64,000 nucleotides of DNA, from the NCBI GenBank assembly GCA_965215515.1, contig OZ244057.1:768001-832000 (forward strand), read 5' to 3'. Position 1 is the first letter of the stretch. Each line of letters opens with the position of its first letter. This document shows, in pieces, positions 40,911 to 50,491 of the stretch. Under the pieces are notes generated by a model. It was not told the origin of the DNA and made no database searches. It saw only the letters and a program-made list of their open reading frames with translations. Origin of the DNA: Oligoflexales bacterium (GTDB lineage Bacteria; Bdellovibrionota_B; Oligoflexia; Oligoflexales; JAPPIL01). The position numbers were made by a program, and so were the translations under genes.

Positions 40911-41210
40911 TTATCCTCGTAGTAGTCGGTAAAATTCGCTCTGAAGGGTGCCGAATTTGCGGTACAGGGCGATGACCATCGCCAACCCCACGGCAGCCTC
41001 GCAGGCGGCGATGGTAATGACGAAGAATACCATCACCTGTCCGTCAAGATGGTTGAATTCACGCGCGGCCGCGACGAAGACGAGGTTAACCGAGTTTAGC
41101 ATCAGCTCGATAGCCATCAGCACGATGATGATATTCTTGCGCAGCAACAGGCCTACCACGCCACAGAGAAACATTACGAGGGCGAGGCAGTAGTAGTGTT
41201 CGGCACTCAT
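40911..41210 (-). CDS. nuoK: NADH-quinone oxidoreductase subunit K
   Basis: RKNIIIVLMAIELMLN and AACEAAVGLA motifs. ATG 41210 overlaps the nuoJ stop. Confidence 0.96.
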   Translation of the reverse strand: MSAEHYYCLALVMFLCGVVGLLLRKNIIIVLMAIELMLNSVNLVFVAAAREFNHLDGQVMVFFVITIAACEAAVGLAMVIALYRKFGTLQSEFYRLLRG

Positions 41211-41722
41211 GAGTTGTCGCTCGGCGCGGGTTTTTTGGCGATGACGACGCTGGCAATCATGGCTAGCAAGATTAAAAAGGAAGCGAGTTCGAACGGCCAC
41301 AGGTAAGAGGTGAACAGCAGCATAGCTACTGCGGTGGTATTGCTGGCAGTGCTCGCTTCGCCAGCTGGCACTACGTGGTCGAGCGAGGAGGGCAGAAGTC
41401 GCAACCCGATGAAACCGAAAACCGCGAGTGCGACGAGCAGGGCAAAGGTTTCAGGCAGACGCAGGCGGCGTTTGTGGGACGAGGGATCGACGTTGAGCAG
41501 CATGATGACGAACAGGAAGAGCACGAGAATCGCACCTGCGTAAACGAGCAGTTGGATGGCGGCGACGAAGTGTGCGTGCAACGAGGCATAGACACATGCC
41601 AGCAGAAAGAGGTCGAGGACGAGGAATAGGGCACTGACGATAGCAGAGCGTGCCGTAACCACCATGAGTGAGGCAATCAGAATTAAAACTGCCAGCGGAT
41701 AAAAGACCAGCGATGCTGTCAT
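41207..41722 (-). CDS. nuoJ: NADH-quinone oxidoreductase subunit J
   Basis: QLLVYAGAILVLFLFVIMLL and PFELAS motifs. Confidence 0.96.
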   Translation of the reverse strand: MTASLVFYPLAVLILIASLMVVTARSAIVSALFLVLDLFLLACVYASLHAHFVAAIQLLVYAGAILVLFLFVIMLLNVDPSSHKRRLRLPETFALLVALAVFGFIGLRLLPSSLDHVVPAGEASTASNTTAVAMLLFTSYLWPFELASFLILLAMIASVVIAKKPAPSDNS

Positions 41723-41753
41723 GTGTTCTCTGCCGATGCCAATGTGCGAGGGG

Positions 41754-41782
41754 AATATAAGCGCGCCGTTCTATCGTAGCAA
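41754..41782 (-). promoter_or_regulatory. Putative sigma70 promoter for nuoJ-N
   Basis: TTGCTA-N17-TATATT on the minus strand, 31 nt upstream of the nuoJ ATG. Confidence 0.55.
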
Positions 41783-41824
41783 GAGTTAGTTTGTCGGTAG
41801 CCGCTGCTGTGGTGGTGTCGTTGT

Positions 41825-43468
41825 TCAGGTGACGGTAACTTTTTGTGCTGCGGCGGCGATTTTGGCGCACAACTTGTTCACGGTGTTTGTTGTGCTGAAA
41901 GGCGACATGATGAAGGATTTCAAGCCGAGGATGGGTTCGCCGTAAGCGGTGTGGCGGTAGCAGCTGGTGAAGGACAGCATACAACCGTCGTCACCTGCCA
42001 ACACCTCGGCACGCAGGTGCATGAAGATGTTGTAGTTGTAGGCGTTGTGTCTGTGTAGTTTGTCTTTTTGTTGTCGGTCGTGACATTCTCGGTCGTAGAG
42101 ACGGGCAGCATTTTCACCTGGGGGATAGAGGCGGAAGACGGTAACGAGACCGACGTTGGCGGGGTTGAGAATTACCACTTCCGTTTGTGTGGTGAGCTGC
42201 GCGCGGGTCAGGCGGGTCATGTCCACCAAATGTGCCAGCAGGGTTTGCAGGCCGATCTTACCGAGAAAGCGCAGGGTCGCGAAGGCAGCCATCACTCCTA
42301 CCCCACCGCGAGAGGTTTCGAGGGTATACTTGCCTGGAGTATAGTCGCCGTATTGGAAGAGGTAGGGCATTAGTTGGGAGGGGCGCGACAGCAGGGCGAT
42401 GTCGTTCTCGTCTTTAAACAGCACTGCGCTGGAGGTGATGGGGGTGAAGGCGGACTTGTGAAAATCGAATCCTATGCTGTCCGCGAGGTGGAGATGACGG
42501 ATGGACTGTCGTGCTTTCTTTAGCATTGCCAGAGTTGGCGGCGGGAAAGCGAGTGGATTGCGTTGGAAGTCGTAGTCGTTGAAGACCGACCAAGCCCAGC
42601 CGATCACGGCATCGGCGTGAAGGTGAATACGGTAGGGCAGGTTGAATTCCTTTCCTAGTTCGTCACGCAACTGGGCGATACCTGCGAGGTCGTCGATCCC
42701 GAAAGCATCGGTCGTGCCCATAGTGGCTACGATGCCTATTATCTTGACACCTTTCTGGAGGCTCTGGCGCATTGCGGTACGCAGAGCGGTGAGGCACAGT
42801 GCGTTGCTGGTATCGCAGTTGACCGAGATGACATTATCTGTGCCGATCCCCAGCCAGCTGGCTGTGTTGTAGCGGCAGTAGTGACTGGCGGTGCTACCGA
42901 CTATGGCCACATCTTCGCGGATACCTTTGTCGCCCACTGCGGGGATAGCTTTGCTCAGACCGACTTTCAGGCCGTAGAGGGTTGTGCCTGTACCTCCGAA
43001 GGTAAACACCCCACTGCTCCGCTCCGCGTCGTAACCGACCAGATGTGACAGCATGGCACAGACTTCGACTTCGGCGAGGGCGATACCTTGGCTGTATTCG
43101 TCCCACCCTACACTGGAGTTATGCAGTGCACCGATCAGTCCTCCCAGCAGCGATGGCATGTTCGGCGGGGGGACGATATTGCGTTGTGTGCAGGGGTGGA
43201 TAGGCATAATCTGGCCTTCGCAGTGTGCGACTAGTTGCTTACAGACGGCGGCGAAGCTTAAGTCATGTTGGTTGATGGTTGTTTGCCGTGCGGCTCGATA
43301 GTCACGCGGGCTGTACTTGCCGAGCACGGGGGTACTGCCCTTCTTGGTGTCGAGTTGTTGGAGAGTTTCGGTGATATGTCGTGCCAGCGAGCTGTCGTGT
43401 GCATGGTCGGCGACAGGACTGGGGAAAGCGTGTTGCACTCTCTTTAGTACTTCTAGATACGATGACAC
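41825..43468 (-). CDS. Group II PLP-dependent amino-acid decarboxylase
   Basis: GVFTFGGT, MGTTDAFGID, HLHADA and DSIGFDFHK (PLP lysine) motifs. Likely GTG start 43468 after GAGGAGG. Confidence 0.88.
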   Translation of the reverse strand: MSSYLEVLKRVQHAFPSPVADHAHDSSLARHITETLQQLDTKKGSTPVLGKYSPRDYRAARQTTINQHDLSFAAVCKQLVAHCEGQIMPIHPCTQRNIVPPPNMPSLLGGLIGALHNSSVGWDEYSQGIALAEVEVCAMLSHLVGYDAERSSGVFTFGGTGTTLYGLKVGLSKAIPAVGDKGIREDVAIVGSTASHYCRYNTASWLGIGTDNVISVNCDTSNALCLTALRTAMRQSLQKGVKIIGIVATMGTTDAFGIDDLAGIAQLRDELGKEFNLPYRIHLHADAVIGWAWSVFNDYDFQRNPLAFPPPTLAMLKKARQSIRHLHLADSIGFDFHKSAFTPITSSAVLFKDENDIALLSRPSQLMPYLFQYGDYTPGKYTLETSRGGVGVMAAFATLRFLGKIGLQTLLAHLVDMTRLTRAQLTTQTEVVILNPANVGLVTVFRLYPPGENAARLYDRECHDRQQKDKLHRHNAYNYNIFMHLRAEVLAGDDGCMLSFTSCYRHTAYGEPILGLKSFIMSPFSTTNTVNKLCAKIAAAAQKVTVT

Positions 43469-43552
43469 GCAGACCTCCTCACCCGCAGATACGGCGGGGC
43501 GGATTGTAGCAGCGATGCTGCGCAACGACAAGTGTTGAGTTAGAATAGAAAC

Positions 43553-44308
43553 ATGCTAGCCGATCGTATTGTGCGTCGTATCTTTGAGTCCCCACCTCAG
43601 CGGGGCTTTGCCCGTCATCTTCTCTGTGCGGTCGGTGATCATCTTGAGCGTTTGCCGTTACGGGATTGCGACAGTCGTGCTTTGTTACGTGCACTGGCAC
43701 GATGGCGTTGGCAGCTGCCCAGTTCTGTTTATCATCATGAGCAGTTGCCGCGCCCGTTGCATCTTATCTCTTCTTCTCCGCTGCGTTTGCGTCATCATCT
43801 GGAGGAGCATCTGTTGGCAAGTGTGCTCGACTGGAGTTGCGACACGTTTTGGGACAATTCTGTTAAGGCACAGAGGCGTGATGTCATCGCCTTCAGTTCG
43901 CTGGCGATGTTGCAGATTATCGCCCAGTGTGCCACCAGTGCGCAGTTGTTCCTTGTCAGCACTGCCTCTCCGCTTTTGGTTTATGGCTTGATTGGGGTGA
44001 AAATGTTCAGCAGTGGGGTGTTTAGCGTTGCCGCTTATCGTCGTTTCTTGCAGGCGCGGGGACAAGCGCAGGCCGTGTCTTATGGTTTTCCTGCCTTTGG
44101 GAGCAGGGACATTGTGGCGTTGTTTGTGCTTACCTCTCGTCAGTCGTTGTTTACGCCTAGCAACCCACTCAATCGCTGCTTGACTCTGTGCCCCGATGCG
44201 GCGCAAATTCCGCAATTTCTGCATAACCCGCCTGTCTCCGATGACAATATCTGGCAACGACGCGACGAAGATGACATCATCGACATGGCCGCAGAACTGC
44301 TCGATTGA
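43553..44308 (+). CDS. Hypothetical protein
   Basis: 251-aa ORF filling the gap; no recognised motif. Confidence 0.5.
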   Translation: MLADRIVRRIFESPPQRGFARHLLCAVGDHLERLPLRDCDSRALLRALARWRWQLPSSVYHHEQLPRPLHLISSSPLRLRHHLEEHLLASVLDWSCDTFWDNSVKAQRRDVIAFSSLAMLQIIAQCATSAQLFLVSTASPLLVYGLIGVKMFSSGVFSVAAYRRFLQARGQAQAVSYGFPAFGSRDIVALFVLTSRQSLFTPSNPLNRCLTLCPDAAQIPQFLHNPPVSDDNIWQRRDEDDIIDMAAELLD

Positions 44309-44429
44309 GAGGGTTTAGAGCTGGCTTCGAGACATTCTCAGAACAGCACGAGCAATGCCAGGGTTTATAAAAAATATGTTTCACTTTCTGTAAAAATTTT
44401 TTATACCGAGCTGGAATACCTTGTGAGTT

Positions 44430-46082
44430 GTGCTGATGAAGTTCCTGTGTGCGGGGATTTTGTTGTTTCTGTTATTGCCAGGCGGGCGTGTCGTTGCCGC
44501 GGCTGGGTTACCGCAGCTGTGGGCGCGGTCGTATGGCAATGTACAGAGTCAGGATTTTGGTTTGCTGCATGCGTTTTGGGCGCAGGCGATGGTCGGTGTG
44601 CCTGAGGGACATCGTTTTCTCGCTGAACTTGAGGGTAAGGGGTATGTGTTACCGCAGGTAGGGGTTGCTATTTTTGAGGAGGGTGTCTCGCTCGATATGG
44701 TGCGGTCGCAGGTACGTGTTGGTGCTGAGCTGCTCGCTGTTCTTGAGAAGGAGGTTGCTGATTATGAGGAGATGTTGCGTGGGGGCGTTGCTGCTTGGCA
44801 CGCGGAGGACTACGACGAGATTCTCGCCGCTTGGCAGCGACTCAAATTGGGCGCGGGGGAGGATAGGGAGCATGCCACGGCGGTTGTCGGTCTGCTGAGC
44901 GGCGAGTCACCTGTCGGGGTCAGCCGTCAGGGGGTGATTGTTGCTGAGGTGGAGCGGGTTTACGATGATGACGGTGAGGGGCCGATCTACGTTCATCTTG
45001 CAAGCAACGTGCAAGGCAAGTTGGAGATTGTCAATCTGTCGGTAGCGTTCACGCAGGAGCAGACCGCGCGGGAGTTTTTGGCTTGTGCTGCTACGCATAA
45101 CGATCTGTTGTTTGTGGCTGCGGCGGGCAATGATTTTCCCACTCCTATGTATGGGGGGTGGGGGGAAACGAGCTTGATAACTGTCGGGAGTTGTGCTCCG
45201 ACGGGGTATTTCAGTTATTTCAGCAGGGCGGGCGAGCATCTGACGATTTCTGCTCCGAGCGATGACTATATTTTGAGCGTTGCGGCGGGTACGGGCGAGT
45301 TCAAGCTTTTCGGTGGTACGAGTGGGGCAGCACCACTGGTTAGCGGCGCGCTTGCTGACGTTATCAGCATCATTCCTGATCTCGCACCAGACGAAGCCGT
45401 TCACATGCTGCGGAAGACGGCCATTCCCACTACCATCAATGCCTTGCGGGAAGGGCATGGTGTGTTGAACTATTATAAGCTGCTGCGTGTGGCGGCGAGA
45501 ATACATCGTTTGGCGGCGGGCGAGAAGCAAAAAATTCGCCAGTTGCTTTATGATGATGACGTGTATGATTTTAGCGACGAGGCTAACCAATTGCGGGAAG
45601 GGGTGCAGGCCGACGATGGCGAGCGAGCGTTCTTTAGTTGGCGCACAGCTTTTTTTCTCAACCCTGACGACATGGCGACGCGTCGTCTGTTGGCAGAGAT
45701 GTATCGGCAGGCGGGTTACGAGGCTGAAGCGTTGTTTTACGATGATCCCGCCGTGTCGCAGCAGGATGCACGGGTACAAACTTTTGTCAAGTATCGTCGC
45801 CTGTTAACAGATATGGCGGAGACCGAGATTTACGACGCGGGGCAGGGTGGGTTTACGGAAAAGTTCCGTGACTACCTTGCCCTGGCCTGGCGTAATCCGC
45901 AAAGTGCCGAGTTGTTGGAGGTACTCTTGCGTCGTCTTTCCCTCGCCCAGCTGCAGGCAGCGGGCTACAGTGGCGATCTCGCCCAGGATTTGCAGGTTGA
46001 CCCTGCCGCACTAGCGATGGAGAAGCTGCATCTGTTCAATGTGCTCAAGCATCACCAACAAAGACTCAATCGCCAACGTTAG
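44430..46082 (+). CDS. Divergent secreted S8-family peptidase
   Basis: Signal peptide, EHATAVVG, AAAGND and FGGTSGAAPLVSG motifs. The catalytic Asp position reads VAIFEEG. Confidence 0.8.
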   Translation: MLMKFLCAGILLFLLLPGGRVVAAAGLPQLWARSYGNVQSQDFGLLHAFWAQAMVGVPEGHRFLAELEGKGYVLPQVGVAIFEEGVSLDMVRSQVRVGAELLAVLEKEVADYEEMLRGGVAAWHAEDYDEILAAWQRLKLGAGEDREHATAVVGLLSGESPVGVSRQGVIVAEVERVYDDDGEGPIYVHLASNVQGKLEIVNLSVAFTQEQTAREFLACAATHNDLLFVAAAGNDFPTPMYGGWGETSLITVGSCAPTGYFSYFSRAGEHLTISAPSDDYILSVAAGTGEFKLFGGTSGAAPLVSGALADVISIIPDLAPDEAVHMLRKTAIPTTINALREGHGVLNYYKLLRVAARIHRLAAGEKQKIRQLLYDDDVYDFSDEANQLREGVQADDGERAFFSWRTAFFLNPDDMATRRLLAEMYRQAGYEAEALFYDDPAVSQQDARVQTFVKYRRLLTDMAETEIYDAGQGGFTEKFRDYLALAWRNPQSAELLEVLLRRLSLAQLQAAGYSGDLAQDLQVDPAALAMEKLHLFNVLKHHQQRLNRQR

Positions 46083-46102
46083 AAAGCTACTTTACGAAAC
46101 CT

Positions 46103-46168
46103 TTGCTAATATTTAGTGCTGCAATTATAACTACTTGCCATAATAATATTGATTCTTGGCATAATAAT
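46103..46168 (+). promoter_or_regulatory. Putative sigma70 promoter plus tandem direct-repeat operator upstream of the HtrA gene
   Basis: TTGCTA-N17-TATAAC (46103-46131), followed by CTTGCCATAATAAT (46134) and CTTGGCATAATAAT (46155). Confidence 0.5.
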
Positions 46169-46214
46169 GATATAAATGCGCTTGTTTTTCTTTGTTTTAT
46201 GAGGAGGAATAACA

Positions 46215-47564
46215 ATGTACACACTAAAATCGGGTTTGACCCGTAGTCTCATCTTGCTGGCTTTGGCCGTCGGGTTGCTGGGCTATCAGTTTCCGCCGTC
46301 CGAGACGCTATCTTCTGGCAGGGGGTATTCGGCGAGGGAGTTCGGCTCCATTGACAGCATCAGCGATGCTGTCGCTTCTGTCGCCAAGAGAGCGAAGAAG
46401 GCGTTGGTGCTTGTCACTGTGACGCATCTAGGGGTAGCGGGTAGAGTTTGGAGGGGCGGGGGATCTGGTTTTTTTGTTGATCTTGACAACGGTTATATTG
46501 TCACCAATGCCCATGTCGTCGATGACCCCGAGTATTACAACACGAAAGGCAAGCGTATTGTGGCGACCTTAGCGAACGGGGAGGAGCGTGAAGCCATCGT
46601 CACAGGTACGGACGAAAGCACTGACATTGCTGTTCTTCAGGTTAAAAACTTCAGCCGCGCGGGACTTGGTCGTTTGACGCTTGGCAACAGTGCTGATTTA
46701 CGCACGGGTGATTTTGTTGTGGCGCTCGGTGCACCGCACGGTTTAGAGGACAGTGTTTCTTTTGGTATTGTCTCGGGTCTGCGGCGTGGTAACTTGGGCG
46801 GTGTTACCGCCTTGGGGAATTATATTCAGACTGACGCGGCTATCAACCCTGGCAACAGCGGGGGGCCTTTGCTTAACATGCAGGGAGAAGTAGTGGGAGT
46901 CAATACAGTGAAATATGGTGGAAGCGATAACTTGGGCTTCGCGGTGCCTGCTGAAATTGTGAAGAAGGTTATGCCGCAGTTGGTAGAGAAGGGAAAATTT
47001 GAACGCAGTTATCTCGGTGTTATGACGCAGAAGCTTGACGCGGGTCTGCGTGACTCTTTCGGTGTAGAGTACGGTGAAGGTGGAGTTATTATCACTGCAG
47101 TGATGGCGTTTAGTCCCGCGGCACAGGCGGGTTTGCAGGTGGGGGATATCATTGTTGCGGTTGAGGGGCAAAAGGTCCACATGCCGTCTGAGCTGGATAA
47201 CGCGGTAGCTTTCATCCCACCAGGCAAGGTGATTGAGGTGGATTATCTCAAATATGGTTGGCAAAGATCAAGCGTTGAGGTCAAGCTTGCCGCGTACACA
47301 CCGAAAAAAACGGAAGAGACCACTACTCTGTGGGGCTTAAAAATTAAAGAGTCGATACATGAATCTGGTAAGAGCAATCTTGTCGTGGTCGAAAGCGACA
47401 ACATCAAGTCCAATGTGCGCCGCATGGATACAATTGTCGCGGTAGATAACATAGAAATACAAAGACTTACTCAGTTAAAAAACTACCTCCAAGACAAGAG
47501 GGAGGTAGTTCTCTATCTCAAGCGCAGCGAACAATTCATGTTTGTCACCTTGCACAAGCAGTGA
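46215..47564 (+). CDS. HtrA/DegP-family serine protease with PDZ domain(s)
   Basis: GSGF, TNAHVV, DIAVL and IQTDAAINPGNSGGPL motifs; PDZ SPAAQAGLQVGDII. Confidence 0.95.
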   Translation: MYTLKSGLTRSLILLALAVGLLGYQFPPSETLSSGRGYSAREFGSIDSISDAVASVAKRAKKALVLVTVTHLGVAGRVWRGGGSGFFVDLDNGYIVTNAHVVDDPEYYNTKGKRIVATLANGEEREAIVTGTDESTDIAVLQVKNFSRAGLGRLTLGNSADLRTGDFVVALGAPHGLEDSVSFGIVSGLRRGNLGGVTALGNYIQTDAAINPGNSGGPLLNMQGEVVGVNTVKYGGSDNLGFAVPAEIVKKVMPQLVEKGKFERSYLGVMTQKLDAGLRDSFGVEYGEGGVIITAVMAFSPAAQAGLQVGDIIVAVEGQKVHMPSELDNAVAFIPPGKVIEVDYLKYGWQRSSVEVKLAAYTPKKTEETTTLWGLKIKESIHESGKSNLVVVESDNIKSNVRRMDTIVAVDNIEIQRLTQLKNYLQDKREVVLYLKRSEQFMFVTLHKQ

Positions 47565-47570
47565 CATAGG

Positions 47571-48914
47571 TCAGCATTCCGTAACGTTAACAGCCAGACC
47601 GCCGCGGGAGGTTTCCTTGTATTTGCTGCGCATGTCGAGACCTGTTTGTTTCATCGTTTTAATCGCATCGTCGAGTGAAACCCTGTGCTTACCACTGCCT
47701 TGCCGCGCGAGACGACTGGCATTGATGGCCTTGACCGCCCCCATCGCATTGCGTTCGATACAGGGAATTTGCACCAATCCACCGATCGGGTCACAAGTTA
47801 AACCAAGATTGTGCTCGATAGCAATCTCAGCTGCTTCCTCGACCTGCTGCACCGTACCACCTGACACTGCTGTCAAGCCTGCCGCAGCCATCGAACAGGC
47901 TGTCCCCACCTCTCCTTGACAACCGACTTCGGCCCCCGATAACGAGGCGTTCAGCTTGTAAAGCAAACCGATACTGCCTGCTGTGAGCAGTAAATGTTTT
48001 TTACCCTCCAGATTTGCCCCGTGACAAAATTTTTCATAGTAGCCAAGCACGGCAGGGATAATGCCAGCTGCGCCGTTAGTCGGTGCAGCCACTACCCGCT
48101 CGCCGCTAGCGTTCTCTTCGTTGACAGCGATGGCGTACATGTTAACCCAATCGAGCGGGCTGAGGGTAAAGCTCTCTTCTTGCCTTCCTCGTAAACGTCG
48201 ATACAGTTCAGGGGCACGTCGTCGTACCCGCAATTTGCCAGGCAGATACCCTTCGCGCTGCATGCCGCATGCGATGGTGGACTGCATAACTGCAAGCACT
48301 TTCTCTAATTGGGTATCGATATACCGCGGCGAATGCAAAGCACGCTCGTTAGCCAGTGCTATTTCCGCCACCGTGCAGGTGTGCTGTGTACAGTGCACCA
48401 GCAATTCTGCGGCACTGGTATAGGGGTAGGGCTGGGTCGGAGATACAGGGGAAGCTTCGCCTTCCTGCATCACGACACCGCCACCCGTCGAGCGGTAGGT
48501 TTTTGTGCCACAGACATTTCCCTGACCGTCGTAAGCAGTGAAAATCATCGTGTTATGAGATTTTTTTTTGCAGTCAAAGTGCAGATCGGTTTTGGTGTCG
48601 AAGTTTATTTCCTGCCCTGCCGCGAGTTTTAGTTTTTTAGTGCGTACTACCGTATCGTAGTAACGGCGCAGATAATCAGGAGCTACCGTCTGTGGTTCCG
48701 CACCGTGCAAGCCGAGCACGAGTGCCTTGTCTGTGCCATGCCCACGTCCCGTGTAGGCAAGTGAACCGTGCAGGGTTATTTGCACCCGTGCGCTACGAGC
48801 AAGTTTACCTGCAGCGCGCAGATGCTGCCCAAAGCGTCGCGCCGCCCGCATCGGGGCGACAGTGTGGGAAGCCGAAGGGCCGATTCCAATGGTGAAAAGG
48901 TCAAGAATACTCAT
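47571..48914 (-). CDS. sdaA: L-serine ammonia-lyase (Fe-S)
   Basis: GIGPSASHT, AVNEENA, GAEVGCQGEVG and LTCDPIGGLVQIPCIERNA motifs. Confidence 0.96.
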   Translation of the reverse strand: MSILDLFTIGIGPSASHTVAPMRAARRFGQHLRAAGKLARSARVQITLHGSLAYTGRGHGTDKALVLGLHGAEPQTVAPDYLRRYYDTVVRTKKLKLAAGQEINFDTKTDLHFDCKKKSHNTMIFTAYDGQGNVCGTKTYRSTGGGVVMQEGEASPVSPTQPYPYTSAAELLVHCTQHTCTVAEIALANERALHSPRYIDTQLEKVLAVMQSTIACGMQREGYLPGKLRVRRRAPELYRRLRGRQEESFTLSPLDWVNMYAIAVNEENASGERVVAAPTNGAAGIIPAVLGYYEKFCHGANLEGKKHLLLTAGSIGLLYKLNASLSGAEVGCQGEVGTACSMAAAGLTAVSGGTVQQVEEAAEIAIEHNLGLTCDPIGGLVQIPCIERNAMGAVKAINASRLARQGSGKHRVSLDDAIKTMKQTGLDMRSKYKETSRGGLAVNVTEC

Positions 48915-49606
48915 CAGTCGCAGTAAGGATAGAACTGTAGCAACGCAACCGCACCATGCAGAAAGAATTCATGCTCACCGCCGCGTAAACCACAGGTGTC
49001 GGCAAGATGCACGAGTTCGTCGACGCGGTAAAAACCTGCAACGCTGCGGGGGAGATATCGATAAGCGGCTCGGTCGCTGAACAGAGCAGCGATACGAGGC
49101 AACATCTGGCGGGTGTAGAGATTGAAAAACGGGGCGAAAAACCCGCGCTCTAGATTGAAAAATTCGAGCACTAACAGCTGACCGTTTTTTTTCAGTACCC
49201 GCCTAAACTCCCGCAGTGCTTGTGGTGGATCGCTGACATTACGCAAACCGAAGGCGATCGTAACGACATCGAAGGAGTTAGCGGGGAAAGACAACGACGT
49301 AGCCGACATGAGGTGGAGATCGGCAGTGTCGGAAAGTTTAACCTCTGCCCTGCTCAGCATGGCGGGTGCAATGTCTATCCCTGTGCAGTGGGGTGGGTGG
49401 CGCTTGCCCTGCCTGCACGCGACGATGACATCACCTGTGCCTGTGGCGACATCGAGCAGTTTGAGCCCCGCACGGTCGGGGACACGCCGAGCTAGTCTGC
49501 GTCGCCAACGCTTGTCTTGCCGCATACTCAGCAGATGGTTGAGAAAATCATAACGCGGGGCGATGCGGTTGAACAGTGCCGCGGTGGTGAGATCTTTATC
49601 TAGCAA
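48914..49606 (-). CDS. ubiE: Ubiquinone/menaquinone C-methyltransferase
   Basis: FNRIAPRYDFLNHLLS, LDVATGTGD and FGLRNV motifs. Confidence 0.93.
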   Translation of the reverse strand: MLDKDLTTAALFNRIAPRYDFLNHLLSMRQDKRWRRRLARRVPDRAGLKLLDVATGTGDVIVACRQGKRHPPHCTGIDIAPAMLSRAEVKLSDTADLHLMSATSLSFPANSFDVVTIAFGLRNVSDPPQALREFRRVLKKNGQLLVLEFFNLERGFFAPFFNLYTRQMLPRIAALFSDRAAYRYLPRSVAGFYRVDELVHLADTCGLRGGEHEFFLHGAVALLQFYPYCD

Positions 49607-50082
49607 CGGTCTTGCTCACGTGCCAAGCAGTCGATAACACAGGGTGGCACGATGCCATCGAGGTTGCCTCCCGCACGGTGTATTTCTTTCACCGCCGTCG
49701 ACGAGATATGGCTGAAATGGTTGTCCGCCACGACGAACATGGTGACAACCTGTGGGGCAAACTGTTTGTTGATGGCGACCATCGCCTGCTCAGGAGCGAA
49801 GTCGAGCAGGGAACGCATGCCGCGCAAGATAACTTTTGCTTTGAGACGCACCGCGTAGGTCGCGGTCATGCCATCGTAAAGCTCACAACGCACGGAGAGA
49901 AAAGCGCGGCAGCTCTCTTGCACCAAACGGAGACGAGTTGCAGCTGGCAACAACGTACCCGCCCGACTGGTGCTAACGCCGACCACAACTTGCGGAAAAA
50001 CGGCGGCAGCCTTAGCGATAACACTGACATGTCCGCAGGTTATGGGATCAAACGTGCCTGGGTAGAGAACGATATCCCGCAC
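49600..50082 (-). CDS. coaD: Phosphopantetheine adenylyltransferase
   Basis: YPGTFDPITCGH, ILRGMR and ISSTAVKE motifs. Confidence 0.95.
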   Translation of the reverse strand: MRDIVLYPGTFDPITCGHVSVIAKAAAVFPQVVVGVSTSRAGTLLPAATRLRLVQESCRAFLSVRCELYDGMTATYAVRLKAKVILRGMRSLLDFAPEQAMVAINKQFAPQVVTMFVVADNHFSHISSTAVKEIHRAGGNLDGIVPPCVIDCLAREQDRC

Positions 50083-50085
50083 CGC

Positions 50086-50142
50086 TCACTCCTCGCGTAA
50101 CAGTTCGATTGCGGTGTTACCACAGCGCTTGTATTTCTGCAC
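50086..50142 (-). repeat. Diverged duplicate of the last 57 bp of rsmD
   Basis: Encodes VQKYKRCGNTAIELLREE* versus RsmD VQKRKHYGNTAVELLRKE* (50492-50548); 46/57 nt identical by manual alignment. Confidence 0.85.
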
Positions 50143-50208
50143 CGCTTCTTGGCACACACGCAGCTGCACCATAATCTCATCCTCAAAAATAGTACCTGCT
50201 GGCCTGTT

Positions 50209-50400
50209 TTAGGGGTGGAAGTTGCGCAGCTTGAAGCCCTGGGAACAGATGAGTTTGCTCATGCCTCGCATTGCCTTGATAACAATCAAGCCCTTGCGCA
50301 GAGCGTGACTGACAACCGCCTCCTCGTTGTTGCCCGCCTTCACGTACAACTTCTTGAGTTTCTCATCAAAAGTCTCGCTTCTTTCGTCAGCCATTGCCAA
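50209..50400 (-). CDS. Small hypothetical ORF or gene remnant between the duplicated rsmD ends
   Basis: 63-aa ORF with a GAGAGG RBS; no recognised family. Confidence 0.4.
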   Translation of the reverse strand: MAMADERSETFDEKLKKLYVKAGNNEEAVVSHALRKGLIVIKAMRGMSKLICSQGFKLRNFHP

Positions 50401-50491
50401 ATCCTCTCACACTAAAGGACACGTACCCTCGTAACACAGGTTTTACCTCTCGGTCTAGCTTCACTATCCGCATATCGTTCAGCAGAACGGT

